Positions 11,506 through 25,510 of a stretch of DNA of 53,590 bases are shown piece after piece. Both the position numbers and the translations under genes were made by a program. The notes below the pieces were generated by a model, which worked only from the letters and a program-made list of their open reading frames with translations, was not told where the DNA came from and ran no database searches. The DNA is from Prorocentrum cordatum (taxonomy: Eukaryota). The stretch is from positions 62,001-115,590 of the forward strand of contig CAUYUJ010000308.1 of assembly GCA_963575745.1 (NCBI GenBank). Reading direction: 5' to 3'. Each line of letters starts with the position of its first letter. The first letter of the stretch is position 1.

Positions 11506-14500
11506 GCGGTACCCACAATGCGGTACTCGCAGCTTCATATGGTTGGGTCTTTCTTCAGGCTAATTTTCAACTTGGGGCGTCATCCGCTCAGAGGACAGCT
11601 CACATCCACTGCACGACTTGGGCGCCCCCTGCATTCCGCCTTGTCCAAGCGACCAGGGGGTGGGGTTGACGAGATCACATTAGAAGTGCTGCTGTGCCAG
11701 CATGTGCGCTCCCCCATTGCCCGCCTGCCTTTGCAGCGGCTCCCTTGATGCGCTTCCGGGGTGGTCTCGGAGTCATTGCCGTTGTCGACGAGCCGGCATT
11801 ACGACTGAACGCCAGTGACGAGTCCCATTCCTATTGGTTCAACCGATCAGAGGGTGAGGATGACAAGTTTCAGCCTTGGCCGAGGCGTCAAGGTGTGGAC
11901 ACATGCCCTCACCTCTGATTGCCCCCTCCCCAGTGCCCCATCTGCTGTCTGGACCGCCTTGCAGACCGCTCGTGGAATCATGGCCTTCATCGGGCGTGCT
12001 TCGTGGTGGTATCATTCGTTCTCGTCGGCGCAACCGAGCCGAGGGTGAGGATGAAGTATTGCAGCCGTGGCCGAGGTCCTGCTCTGCGTGTGCTGGCCAT
12101 CGCCACGTTCTCGAGACGCCTGGATCGTGGTCAAATGGGTGCTGGCCAGGTGGACCTTGTTCTGGATCCATCTCGTTCCGAAGCCCTCCTCCTCCATCTC
12201 CGCTCCAGTGCCAACCTGGGAGGCCGCTCTGGCGTGCGCCTGGATTGCGGACGCGCCGTTTTAACGGCCGGCAGCTTCTTCCATGAGGCGTCGGCTATCC
12301 AACCGCGCTACAGCCAGGCCAATGTCTGGCATGAAGCGCCCCTGTGTGGCTTTTTTTCAACCTGGGGCGTCATCCGCTCAGAGGACAGCTCGCGTACACT
12401 GCACGACTTGGACGCCCCCTGCTGGGTGGCGTGCGAATGTCCGTTTCGGTTGGAGTGCGGGCGGGGAGGGGCCGGGCAGACGGAAGGGAGGAGGAGCCAT
12501 ACCCGCGGTGAGCCAGCTTTGCCGAATTTTCGGCACCGTCAAGCTTCATTCCGTCTGGTCCAACCGACCAAGGGGTGTGGTTGACGAGACCATATTAGAA
12601 GTGCCGTTGTGTCAGCATGTGCGCTCCCCCATTGCCCACTTGCCTTTGCAGCTGCAGGCTGCTGCCTTGTCATGCTTCCAGAGTGGTCTTGGAGTCAGTG
12701 CCATTGTCGACGAGCCAGCATCATGACCGAACGCCAACGACGAGTCCCACTCCTATTGGTTCAACCGAGCAGAGGGTGAGGATGACAAGTTTCAGCCTTG
12801 GCCGAGGCGTCATGGTGTGAACACATGCTATCTCCTCTGCTTGCCCCCTCCCCAGTGCCCCCCCGTGCTTCTGCATCTGCTGCCTGGACCGCCTTGCAGA
12901 CCGCTCTTGGAACCATGGCCTTCATCAGGCGTGCTTTGTGTTGGTATCGTTCGTTCTTGTCGGCGCAACCGAGCCGAGGGTGAGGATGAAGTATTGCAGC
13001 CGTGGCCGAGGTCCTGTTCTGCGTGTGCTGGCCATCGCCACGTTTTCGAGACGCCTGGATCGTGATCAAATGGATGCTGGCCAGATGGGCCTTGTTCTGG
13101 ATCCATCTCGTTCCGAAGTCCTCCTCCTCCATCTCCGCTCCAGTGCCAACCTGGGAGGCCGCTCTGGGGTGCGCCTGGATTGCGGCCGCGCCGTTTTAAC
13201 GGCCGGCAGCTTCTTCCATAAGGCGTCGGCTATCCAACCGCGCTATAGCCAGGCCAATGTCTGGCATGAAGCTCCCCGCGTTGTTTTTTCAATCTGGGGC
13301 GTCATCCGCTCAGAGGACAGCTCACGTCCACTGCACGACTTGGGCGCCCCCTGCTGGGGTGGCGTGCGAGTGACCGTTTCCGTGGGAGTGCGGGCGGGGA
13401 GGGGCCGGGCAGGCGGAAGGGAGGAGGAGCCATACCCGCGGTGAGCCAGCTTTGCCGAATTTTCGGCACCGTCAATCTTCATTCCGCCTGGTCCAACCGA
13501 CCAGGGGTGTGGTTGACGATATCTGAAGCGCCGTTGTGTCAGCATGTGCGCTCCCCCATTGCCAACCTGCTTTTGCAGCTGCTTCCTTGCTGCGCCTCCA
13601 GAGTGGTCTCGGAGTCATTGTCGCTGTTGTCGAGCTGACATCATGACCGAACGCCAATGACGAGTCCCACTCCTATTGGTTCAACCGAGCAGAGGGTGAG
13701 GATGACAAGTTTCAGCCTTGGCCGAGGCGTCATGGTGTGAACACATGGCCTCTCTTCTGATTGTCCTCTCCCCAGTGCCCCATGCTTCCGCATCTGCTGC
13801 CTGGACCTCCTGGCAGACCACTCGTGGAACCATGGCTTTGGTCTGGCGTTCTCTTCGTTATGGTATCATTCGTTCCTGTCGGTGTAGCCGAGAAGAAGGT
13901 GAGGGTGAAGTGTTGCAGCATTGGCCGAGGTACTGTTCTGCGTGTGCTGGCCATCGCCACGTTTTCGAGACGCCTGGATCGTGATCAAATGGATGCTGGC
14001 TCGGAGGGTGTGAAGCACCTTTTCGTTCTCAAACCATCTCGTTCCGAAGTCCTCCTCCCCCCCCTTCCTCCTCCTCCATCTCCGCTCCAGTGCCAACCTG
14101 GGAGGCCGCTCTGGGGTGCGCCTGGATTGCGGCCGCGCCGTTTTAACGGCCGGCAGCTTCTTCCATGAGGCGTCGGCTATCCAACCGCGCCATAGCCAGG
14201 CCAATGTCTGGCATGAAGCTCCCCGCGTTGTTTTTTCAATCTGGGGCGTCATCCGCTCAGAGAACAGACAGCTCACGTCCACTGCACGACTTGGGCGCCC
14301 CCTGCTGGGGTGGCGTGCGAATGTCCGTTTCGGTTGGAGTGCGGGCGGGGAGGGGCCGGGCAGGCGGAAGGGAGGAGGAGCCATACCCGCGGTGAGCCAG
14401 CTTTGCCGAATTTTCGGCACCGTCAAGCTTCATTCCGTCTGGTCCAACCGACCAAGGGGTGTGGTTGACGAGACCATATTAGAAGTGCCGTTGTGTCAGC

Positions 14501-16209
14501 ATGTGCGCTCCCCCATTGCCCACTTGCCTTTGCAGCTGCAGGCTGCTGCCTTGTCATGCTTCCAGAGTGGTCTTGGAGTCAGTGCCATTGTCGACGAGCC
14601 AGCATCATGACCGAACGCCAATGACGAGTCCCACTCCTATTGGTTCAACCGAGCAGAGGGTGAGGATGACAAGTTTCAGCCTTGGCCGAGGCGTCATGGT
14701 GTGAACACATGCTATCTCCTCTGCTTGCCCCCTCCCCAGTGCCCCCCCCTGTGCTTCTGCATCTGCTGCCTGGACCGCCTTGCAGACCGCTCGTGGAACC
14801 ATGGCCTTCATCGGGCGTGCTTTGTGTTGGTATCGTTCGTTCTTGTCGGCACAACCGAGCCGAGGGTGAGGATGAAGTATTGCAGCCGTGGCCGAGGTCC
14901 TGTTCTGCGTGTGCTGGCCATCGCCACGTTTTCGAGACGCCTGGATCGTCGTCAAATGTGTGCTGGCCAGATGGGCCTTGTTCTGGATCCATCTCGTTCC
15001 GAAGTCCTCCTCCTCCATCTCCGCTCCAGTGCCAACCTGGGAGGCCGCTCTGGGGTGCGCCTGGATTGCGGCCGCGCCGTTTTAACGGCCGGCAGCTTCT
15101 TCCATGAGGCGTCGGCTATCCAACCGCGCCATATTTTGTTGCCAATGTCTGGCATGAAGCGCCCCGCGTTGTTTTTTTCAACTTGGGGCGTCATCCGCTC
15201 AGAGGACAGCTCACGTCCACTGCGCGACTTGGGCGCCCCCTGCTGGGGTGGCGTTCGAATGACCGTTTCGGTGGGAGTGCGGGCGGGGAGGGGCCGGGGC
15301 AGGCGGAAGGGAGGAGGAGCCATACCCGCGGTGAGCCAGCTTTTCCGAAGGCGCGGCACCGCCTTGTCCAACCGACCAGGGGGTGGGGTTGACGAGATCA
15401 TATTAGAAGTGCCGTTGTGTCAGCATGTGCGCTCCCCCATTGCCCTCTTGCCTTTGCAGCTGCTGCCTTGTCATGCTTCCAGAGTGGTCTTGGAGTCAGT
15501 GCCGTTGTCGACGAGCCATCGTCATGACCGAACGCCAATGACGAGTCCTACTCCTATTGGTTCAACCGAGCAGAGGGTGAGGATGACAAGTTTCAGCCTT
15601 GGCCGAGGCGTCATGGTGTCAACACATGCCCTCACCTCTGATTGTCCCCTCCCCAGTGCCCCCCCGTGCATCTGCATCTGCTGCCTGGACCTCCTTGCAG
15701 ACCGCTCGTGGAATCATGACCTTCATCGGGCGTGTTTCGGGCTGGTAATTATCATTCGTTCTCGTCGGCGCAACCGAGCCGAGGGTGAGGATGAAGTATT
15801 GCAGCCGTGGCCGAGGTCCTGCTCTGCGTGCGCTGGCCATCGCCACGTTCTCGAGACGCCTGGATCGTGGTCAAATGGGTGCCAGCCAGGTGGGCTTTTT
15901 TTTGGATCCATCTCGTTCCGAAGCCCTACTCCTTCATCTCCGCTCCAGTGACAACCTGGGAGGCCGCTCTGGGGTGCGCCTGGATTGCGGGCGCGCCGTT
16001 TTAACGGCCGGCAGCTTCTTCCATGAGGCGTCGGCTATCCAACCGCGCCATAGCCAGGCCAATGTCTGGCATGAAGCGCCCCGTGCTGCTTTTTTCCCAA
16101 CCAGCCTGTGTTGTTGGGTCCTCGTTTTGAAGAGCCAGCGCCCGCGACCTCCCGCTGCCCCTCCTCCCTCTCCCCATCATCAGCATCCCCATCATCAGGA
16201 TCGCCGTCA

Positions 16210-17022
16210 CCATCATTATCGTCATCATCATCATCACCACCATCATCATCAGTTCGGCACATCCCTCATACCGTTCGTGGCCCCACAGGGAGCTCCACCG
16301 AAGGCCCCAATGGCTGCGTCCTCATGCGTCACCGCCACCCATTACGGCACACCCCCCACAGGGTTCGTGGCCCCATAGGGAGCTCCACCGAAGGCCCCAG
16401 TGGTTGCGTCCTCATGCGTCACCGCCACCCACTACGGCACACCCCTCACACGGTTCGTGGCCCCATAGGGAGCTCCACCGAAGGCCCCAGTGGCTGCGTC
16501 CTCATGCGTCACCGCCACCCATTACGGCACACCCCTCACACGGTTCGTGGCCCCATAGGGAGCTCCACCGAAGGCCCCAGTGGTTGCGTCCTCATGCGTC
16601 ACCGCCACCCATTACGGCACACCCCTCACGCGGTTCGTGGCCCCACAGGGAGGTCCACCGAAGGCCCCAGTGGCTGCGTCCTCATGCGTCACCGCCACCC
16701 ATTACGGCACACCCCTCACGCGGTTCGTGGCCCCATAGGGAGCTCCACCGAAGGCCCCAGAGGCTGCGTCCTCATGCGTCACCGCCACCCAATTCGGCAC
16801 ACCCCTCACGCGGTTCGTGGCCCTACAGGGAGGTCCACCGAAGGCCCCAGTGGCTGCGTCCTCAGAGCGTCACCGCCACCCACTACGGCACACCCCTCAC
16901 ACGGTTCGTGGCCCCAGAGGATGTTCCACCGAAGGCTCCAGTGGGAGGGTTCGCATGTCACCACCGCGCCCAATCCAGCACGCCCCTCACTGTGCGTGGC
17001 CCCATAAGGAGCTCCACCGAAA
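16210..17022. repeat. Short (CAT)n plus 90-bp minisatellite block (~8 units)
   Basis: Same 90-bp unit and same degenerate terminal units. Confidence 0.95.
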
Positions 17023-20000
17023 GCGGTACCCACAATGCGGTACTCGCAGCTTCATATGGTTGGGTCTTTCGTCAGGCTAATTTTCAATTTGGGGCGTCAT
17101 CCGCTCAGAGGACAGCTCACGTCCACTGCACGACTTGGGCGCCACCTGCTGGGGTGGCGTGCGAATGTCCGTCGCGGTGGGAGTGCGGGCGGGGAGGGGC
17201 CGGGCAGGCGGAAGGAAGGAGGAGCCATACCCGCGGTGAGCCAGCTTTTCCGAAGGCACCGCACCGCACCGTCAAGCTTCATTCCGCCTTGTCCAACCGA
17301 CCAGGGGGTGGGGTTGACGAGATAATATTAGAAGTGCCGCTGTGTCAGCATGTGCACTCCCCCATTGCCGCAAGGCCCATTGCCCGCCTGCCTTTGGAGC
17401 TGCTCCCTTGATGCGCTTCCAGAGAGGTCTCGGAGTCATTGCCGTTGTCGACGAGCCGGCATTACGACTCAACGCGTTGTCATGACCGAACGCCAGTGAC
17501 GAGTCCCATTCCTATTGGTTCAACCGAGCAAAGGATGAGGATGACAAGTTTCAGCCTTGGCCGAGGCGTCAATGTGTGGACACATGCCCTCACCTCTGAT
17601 TGCCCCCTCCCCAGTGTCCCATGCTTTTGCATCTGCTGCCTGTACCTCCTTGCAGATCACTCGTGGAACCATGGCTGTGTTCGGGCGTTCTTATTGTTCT
17701 GGTATCATTCGTTCCTGTCGGGGCAACCGAGATGAGGGTGAGGATGAATCATTGCAGCATTGGCCAGGGTACTGTTCTGCGTGCGCTGGCCATCGCCACG
17801 TTTTCGGGACGCTTGGATCGTGGTCAAATGGGTGCTGACCAGGTGGGCCTTGTTCTGGATCCATCTCGTTCCGAAGCCCTCCTCCTCCATCTCCGCTCCA
17901 GTGCCAACCTGGGAGGCCGCCCTGGGGTGCGCCTGGATTGCGGACGCGCCGTTTTAACGGCCGGCAGCTTCTTCCATGAGGCGTCGGCTATCCAACCGCG
18001 CCACAACCAGGCCAATGTCTGGCACGAAGCGTCCCGTGTTGCTTTTTTTCAACCTGGGGCGTCATCCGCTCAGAGGACAGCTCACGTCCACTGCACGACT
18101 TGGGCGCCCCCTGCTGGGGTGGCGTGCGAGTGACCGTTTCGGTGGGAGTGCGGGCGGGGAGGGGCCGGGCAGGCGGAAGGCAGGAGGAGCCATAGCCGCG
18201 GTGAGCCAGCTTTTCCGAAGGCACCGCACCGCACCGTTAAGCTTCATTCCGCCTGGTCCAACCGACCAGGGGGTGGGGTTGACAAGATCATATTCGAAGT
18301 GCCGTTGTGTCAGCATGTGCGCTCCCCCATTGCCTTATTGCCTTTGAAGCTGCTGCCTTGTCATGCTTCCAGAGTGGTCTTGGAGACAGTGCCGTTGTCG
18401 ACGAGCCAGCATCATGACCGAACGCCAATGACGAGTCCCACTCCTATTGGTTCAACCGAGCAGAGGGTGAGGATGACAAGTTTCAGCCTTGGCCGAGGCG
18501 TCATGGTGTGAACACATGCCATCTCCTCTGCTTGCCCCCTCCCCAGTGCCCCCCCGTGCTTCTGCATCTGCTGCCTGGACCGCCTTGCAGACCGCTCGTG
18601 GAACCATGGCCTTCATCGGGCGTGCTTTGTGTTGGTATCGTTCGTTCTTGTCGGCGCAACCGAGCCGAGGGTGAGGATGAAGTATTGCAGCCGTGGCCGA
18701 GGTCCTGTTCTGCGTGTGCTGGCCATCGCCACGTTTTCGAGACGCCTGGATCGTCGTCAAATGGATGCTGGCCAGATGGGCCTTGTTCTGGATCCATCTC
18801 GTTCCGAAGTCCTCCTCCTCCATCTCCGCTCCAGTGCCAACCTGGGAGGTCGCTCTGGGGTGCGCCAGGATTGCGGCCGCGCCGTTTTAACGGCCGGCAG
18901 CTTCTTCCATGAGGCGTCGGCTATCCAACCGCGCTATAGCCACGCCAATGTCTGGCATGAAGCGCCCCGCGCTGTTTTTTTCAACCTGGGGCGTCATCCG
19001 CTCAGAGGACAGCTCACGTCCACTGCGCGACTTGGGCGCCCCCTGCTGGGGTGGCGTGCGAGTGACCGTTTCGGTGGAAGTGCGGGCGGGGAGGGGCCGG
19101 GCAGGCGGAAGGGAGGAGGAGCCATAGCCGCGGTGAGCCAGCTTTTCCGAAGGCACCGCACCGCACCGTCAAGCTTCATTCCGCCTGGTCCAACCGACCA
19201 GGGGGTGGGGTTGACGAGATCATATTCGAAGTGCCGTTGTGTCAGCATGTGCGCTCCCCCATTGCCCTCTTGCCTTTGAAGCTGCTGCCTTGTCATGCTT
19301 CCAGAGTGGTCTTGGAGACAGTGCCGTTGTCGACGAGCCAGCATCATGACCGAACGCCAATGACGAGTCCCACTCCTATTGGTTCAACCGAGCAGAGGGT
19401 GAGGATGACAAGTTTCAGCCTTGGCCGAGGCGTCATGGTGTGAACACATGCCATCTCCTCTGCTTGCCCCCTCCCCAGTGCCCCCCCGTGCTTCTGCATC
19501 TGCTGCCTGGACCGCCTTGCAGACCGCTCGTGGAACCATGGCCCTCATCGGGCGTGCTTTGTGTTGGTATCGTTCGTTCTTGTCGGCGCAACCGAGCCGA
19601 GGGTGAGGATGAAGTATTGCAGCCGTGGCCGAGGTCCTGTTCTGCGTGTGCTGGCCATCGCCACGTTTTCGAGACGCCTGGATCGTCGTCAAATGGATGC
19701 TGGCCAGATGGGCCTTGTTCTGGATCCATCTCGTTCCGAAGTCCTCCTCCTCCATCTCCGCTCCAGTGCCAACCTGGGAGGCCGCTCTGGGGTGCGCCAG
19801 GATTGCGGCCGCGCCGTTTTAACGGCCGGCAGCTTCTTCCATGAGGCGTCGGCTATCCAACCGCGCTATAGCCAGGCCAATGTCTGGCATGAAGCGCCCC
19901 GCGTTGTTTTTTTCAACCTGGGGCGTCATCCGCTCAGAGGACAGCTCACGTCCACTGCGCGACTTGGGCGCCCCCTGCTGGGGTGGCGTGCGAGTGACCG

Positions 20001-21983
20001 TTTCGGTTGGAGTGCGGGCGGGGAGGGGCCGGGCAGGCGGAAGGGAGGAGGAGCCATACCCGCGGTGAGCCAGCTTTTCCGAAGGCGCGGCACCGTCAAG
20101 CTTCATTCCGCCTGGTCCAACCGACCAGGGGTGTGGTTGACGAGACCATATTAGAAGTGCCATTGTGGCAGCATGTGCGCTCCCCCATTGCCCACTTGCC
20201 TTTGCAGCTGCAGGCTGCTGCCTTGTCATGCTTCCAGAGTGGTCTTGGAGTCAGTGCCATTGTCGACGAGCCAGCATCATGACCGAACGCCAATGACGAG
20301 TCCCACTCCTATTGGTTCAACCGAGCAGAGGGTGAGGATGACAAGTTTCAGCCTTGGCCGAGGCGTCATGGTGTGAACACATGCCATCTCCTCTGCTTGC
20401 CCCCTCCCCAGTGCCCCCCCGTGCTTCTGCATCTGCTGCCTGGACCGCCTTGCAGACCGCTCGTGGAACCATGGCCTTCATCGGGCGTGCTTTGTGTTGG
20501 TATCGTTCGTTCTTGTTGGCGCAACCGAGCCGAGGGTGAGGATGAAGTATTGCAGCCGTAGCCGAGGTCCTAATCTGCGTGTGCTGGCCATCGCCACGTT
20601 TTCGAGACGCCTGGATCGTCGTCAAATGGGTGTTGGCCAGATGGGCCTTGTTCTGGATCCATCTCGTTCCGAAGTCCTCCTCTTCCATCTCCGCTCCAGT
20701 GCCAACCTGGGAGGCCGCTCTGGGGTGCGCCTGGATTGCGGCCGCGCCGTTTTAACGGCCGGCAGCTTCTTCCATGAGGCGTCGGCTATCCAACCGCGCT
20801 ATAGCCACGCCAATGTCTGGCATGAAGCGCCCCACGTTGTTTTTTCAACCTGGGGCGTCATCAGCTCAGAGAACAGACAGCTCACAACCACTGCACGACT
20901 TGGGCGCCCCCTGCTGGGGTGGCGTGTGAATGTCCGTTTCGGTTGGAGTGCGGGCGGGGAGGGGCCGGGCAGGCGGAAGGGAGGAGGAGCCATACCCGCG
21001 GTGAGCCAGCTTTGCCGAATTTTCGGCACCGTCAAGCTTCATTCCGTCTGGTCCAACCGACCAAGGGGTGTGGTTGACGAGACCATATTAGAAGTGCCGT
21101 TGTGTCAGCATGTGCGCTCCCCCATTGCCCACTTGCCTTTGCAGCTGCAGGCTGCTGCCTTGTCATGCTTCCAGAGTGGTCTTGGAGTCAGTGCCATTGT
21201 CGACGAGCCAGCATCATGACCGAACGCCAATGACGAGTCCCACTCCTATTGGTTCAACCGAGCAGAGGGTGAGGATGACAAGTTTCAGCCTTGGCCGAGG
21301 CGTCATGGTGTGAACACATGCTATCTCCTCTACTTGCCCCCTCCCCAGTGCCCCCCCCGTGCTTCTGCATCTGCTGCCTGGACCGCCTTGCAGACCGCTC
21401 GTGGAACCATGACCTTCGACCTTCATCGGGCGTGCTTTGTGTTGGTATCGTTCTTTCTTGTCGGCACAACCGAGCCGAGGGTGAGGATGAAGTATTGCAG
21501 CCGTGGCCGAGGTCCTGTTCTGCGTGTGCTGGCCATCGCCACGTTTTCGAGACGCCTGGATCGTCGTCAAATGGGTGCTGGCCAGATGGGCCTTGTTCTG
21601 GATCCATCTCGTTCCGAAGTCCTCCTCCTCCATCTCCGCTCCAGTGCCAACCTGGGAGGCCGCTCTGGGGTGCGCCTGGATTGCGGCCGCGCCGTTTTAA
21701 CGGCCGGCAGCTTCTTCCATGAGGTGTCGGCTATCCAACCGCGCCATATTTTCTTGCCAATGTCTGGCATGAAGCGCCCCGTGCTGCTTTTTTTCAACCT
21801 GGGGCGTCATCCGCTCAGAGGACAGCTCACGTCCACTGCGCGACTTGGGCGCCCCCTGCTGGGGTGGCGTTCGAATGACCGTTTCGGTGGGAGTGCGGGC
21901 GGGGAGGGGCCGGGGCAGGCGGAAAGGAGGAGGAGCCATACCCGCGGTGAGCCAGCTTTTCCGAAGGCGCGGCACCGCCTTGT

Positions 21984-22443
21984 CCACCGAAGGCCCCAGT
22001 GGCTGCGTCCTCATGCGTCACCGCCACCCATTACGGCACCCCCCTCACACGGTTCGTGGCCCCATAGGGAGCTCCACCGAAGGCCCCAGTAGCTGCGTCC
22101 TCATGCATGCGTCACCGCCACCCATTATGGCACACCCTTCACACGGTTCGTGGCCCCATAGGGAGCTCCACCGAAGGCCCCAGTGGTTGCGTCTTCATGC
22201 GTCACCGCCACCCATTACGGCGCACCTCTCACACGGTTCGTGGCCCCATCGGGAGCTCCACCGAAGGCCCCAGTGGTTGCGTCTTCATGCGTCACCGCCA
22301 CCCACTACGGCACACAACTCACACATTTCGTGGCCCCAGAGGATGTTCCACCGAAGACTCCAGTGGGAGGGCTCGCATGTCACCACCACGCCCTCCGGCA
22401 CGCTCTTCACTGTGCGTGGCCCCACAAGGAGCTCCACCGAAAG
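21984..22443. repeat. 90-bp minisatellite block (~5 units) with no (CAT)n lead-in
   Basis: Same unit, entered directly from the satellite monomer at gccttgtcca|ccgaagg. Confidence 0.92.
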
Positions 22444-24160
22444 CGGTACCCACAATGCGGTACTCGCAGTTTTATATGGTTGTGTCTTTCGTTAGGCTAA
22501 TTTTCAACCTGGGGCGTCATCCACTCAGAGGACAGCTCACGTCCACTGCACGACTTGGGCGCCCCCTGCTGGGGTGGCGTGCGAATGTCCGTCGCAGTGG
22601 GAGAGCGGGCGGGGAGGGGCCAGACAGACAGTAGGGAGGGGGAACCATATCCGCTTTCAGCCAGCTTTTCCGAAGGCACCGCACCGTCAAGCTTCATTCC
22701 GCCTTGTCCAACCGACCAGGGGGTGGGGTTAACGAGATCATATTAGAAGTGCCGCGGTGCCAGCATGTGCGCTCCCCCATTGCCCGCCCGCTCCCCCGCC
22801 TGCCCGCCTGCCATTGATGCGCTTCCAGGGTTGTCTCGGAGTCATTGCCGTTGTCGACGAGCCGGCATTACGACTGAACGCCAGTGACGAGTCCCATTCC
22901 TATTGGTTCAACCGATCAGAGGGTGAGGAGGACAAGTTTCAGCCTTGGCCGAGGCGTCATGGTGTCAACACATGCCCTCACCTCTGAGTGCCCCCTCCCC
23001 AGTGCCCCATCTGCTGCCTGGACCGCCTTGTAGACCGCTTGTGGAATCATGGCTTTCATCGGGCGTGCTTCGTGGTGGTATCATTCGTTCTCGTCGGCGC
23101 AACCGAGCCGAGGGTGAGGATGAAGTATTGCAGCCGTGGCCGAGGTCCTGCTCTGCGTGCGCTGGCTATCGCCACGTTCTCGAGACGCCTGGATCGTGGT
23201 CAAATGGGTGCTGGCCAGGTGGGCCTTGTTCTGGATCCATCTCGTTCCGAAGCCCTCCTCCTCCATCTCCGCTCCAGTGCCAACCTGGGAGGCCGCTCTG
23301 GGGCGCGCCTGGAATGCGGACGCGCCGTTTTAACGGCCGGCAGCTTCTTCCATGAGGCGTCGGCTATCCAACCGCGCCATAGCCAGGCCAATGTCTGGCA
23401 TGAAGCGCCTCGTGTTGCTTTTTTTCAGCCTGGGGCGTCATCCGCTCAGAGAACAGCTCACGTCCACTGCACGACTTGGGGGCCCCCTGCTGGGGTGGCG
23501 TGCGAATGACCGTCGCGGTGGGAGTGCGGGCGGGGAGGGGCCGGGCAGGCGGAAGGGAGGAGGAGCCATAGCCGCGCTGAGCCAGCTTTGCCGAATTTTC
23601 GGCAGCGTCGAGCTTTATTCCGCCTTGTCCAAGCGAGCAGGGGGTGTGGTTGACGATTTCTGAAGCGCCGCTGTGTCAGCATGTGCGCTCCCCCATTGCG
23701 CCATTGCCAGCGCCCTCATGACAGCATCTCGCCATTTCGGCACAGCCTTCACACGCTTCTTGGCCCCATACGGACGTCCCCTCCCTTCGTCCTGCCTGCC
23801 TTTCGGTATTCGCGCCTGCATATGGCCGGGTCCGTCGCCAGGATAAGTTTTGATCCATCATCTCTTTCCGAAGGTCTCCTCTTCCATACCCGCTCCAGTG
23901 CCAACCTGGGAGGCCGCTCTGGGGCGCGCCTGGATTGCGGCCGCGCCGTTTTAACGGCCGGCAGCTTGTTCCATGAGGCGTCGGCTATCCAACCGCGCCA
24001 CATCCGGGCCAATGTCTGGCATGAAGCGCCCCGTGTTGCTTTTTTTTCAACCAGCCTGTGTTGTTGGGTCATCGTTTTGAAGAGACAGCGCCCGCGACCT
24101 CTCGCTGCCCCCCCTCCCTCTCCCCATCATCAGCATCCCCATCATCAGGATCACCGTCAC

Positions 24161-25510
<1,350 letters not shown>

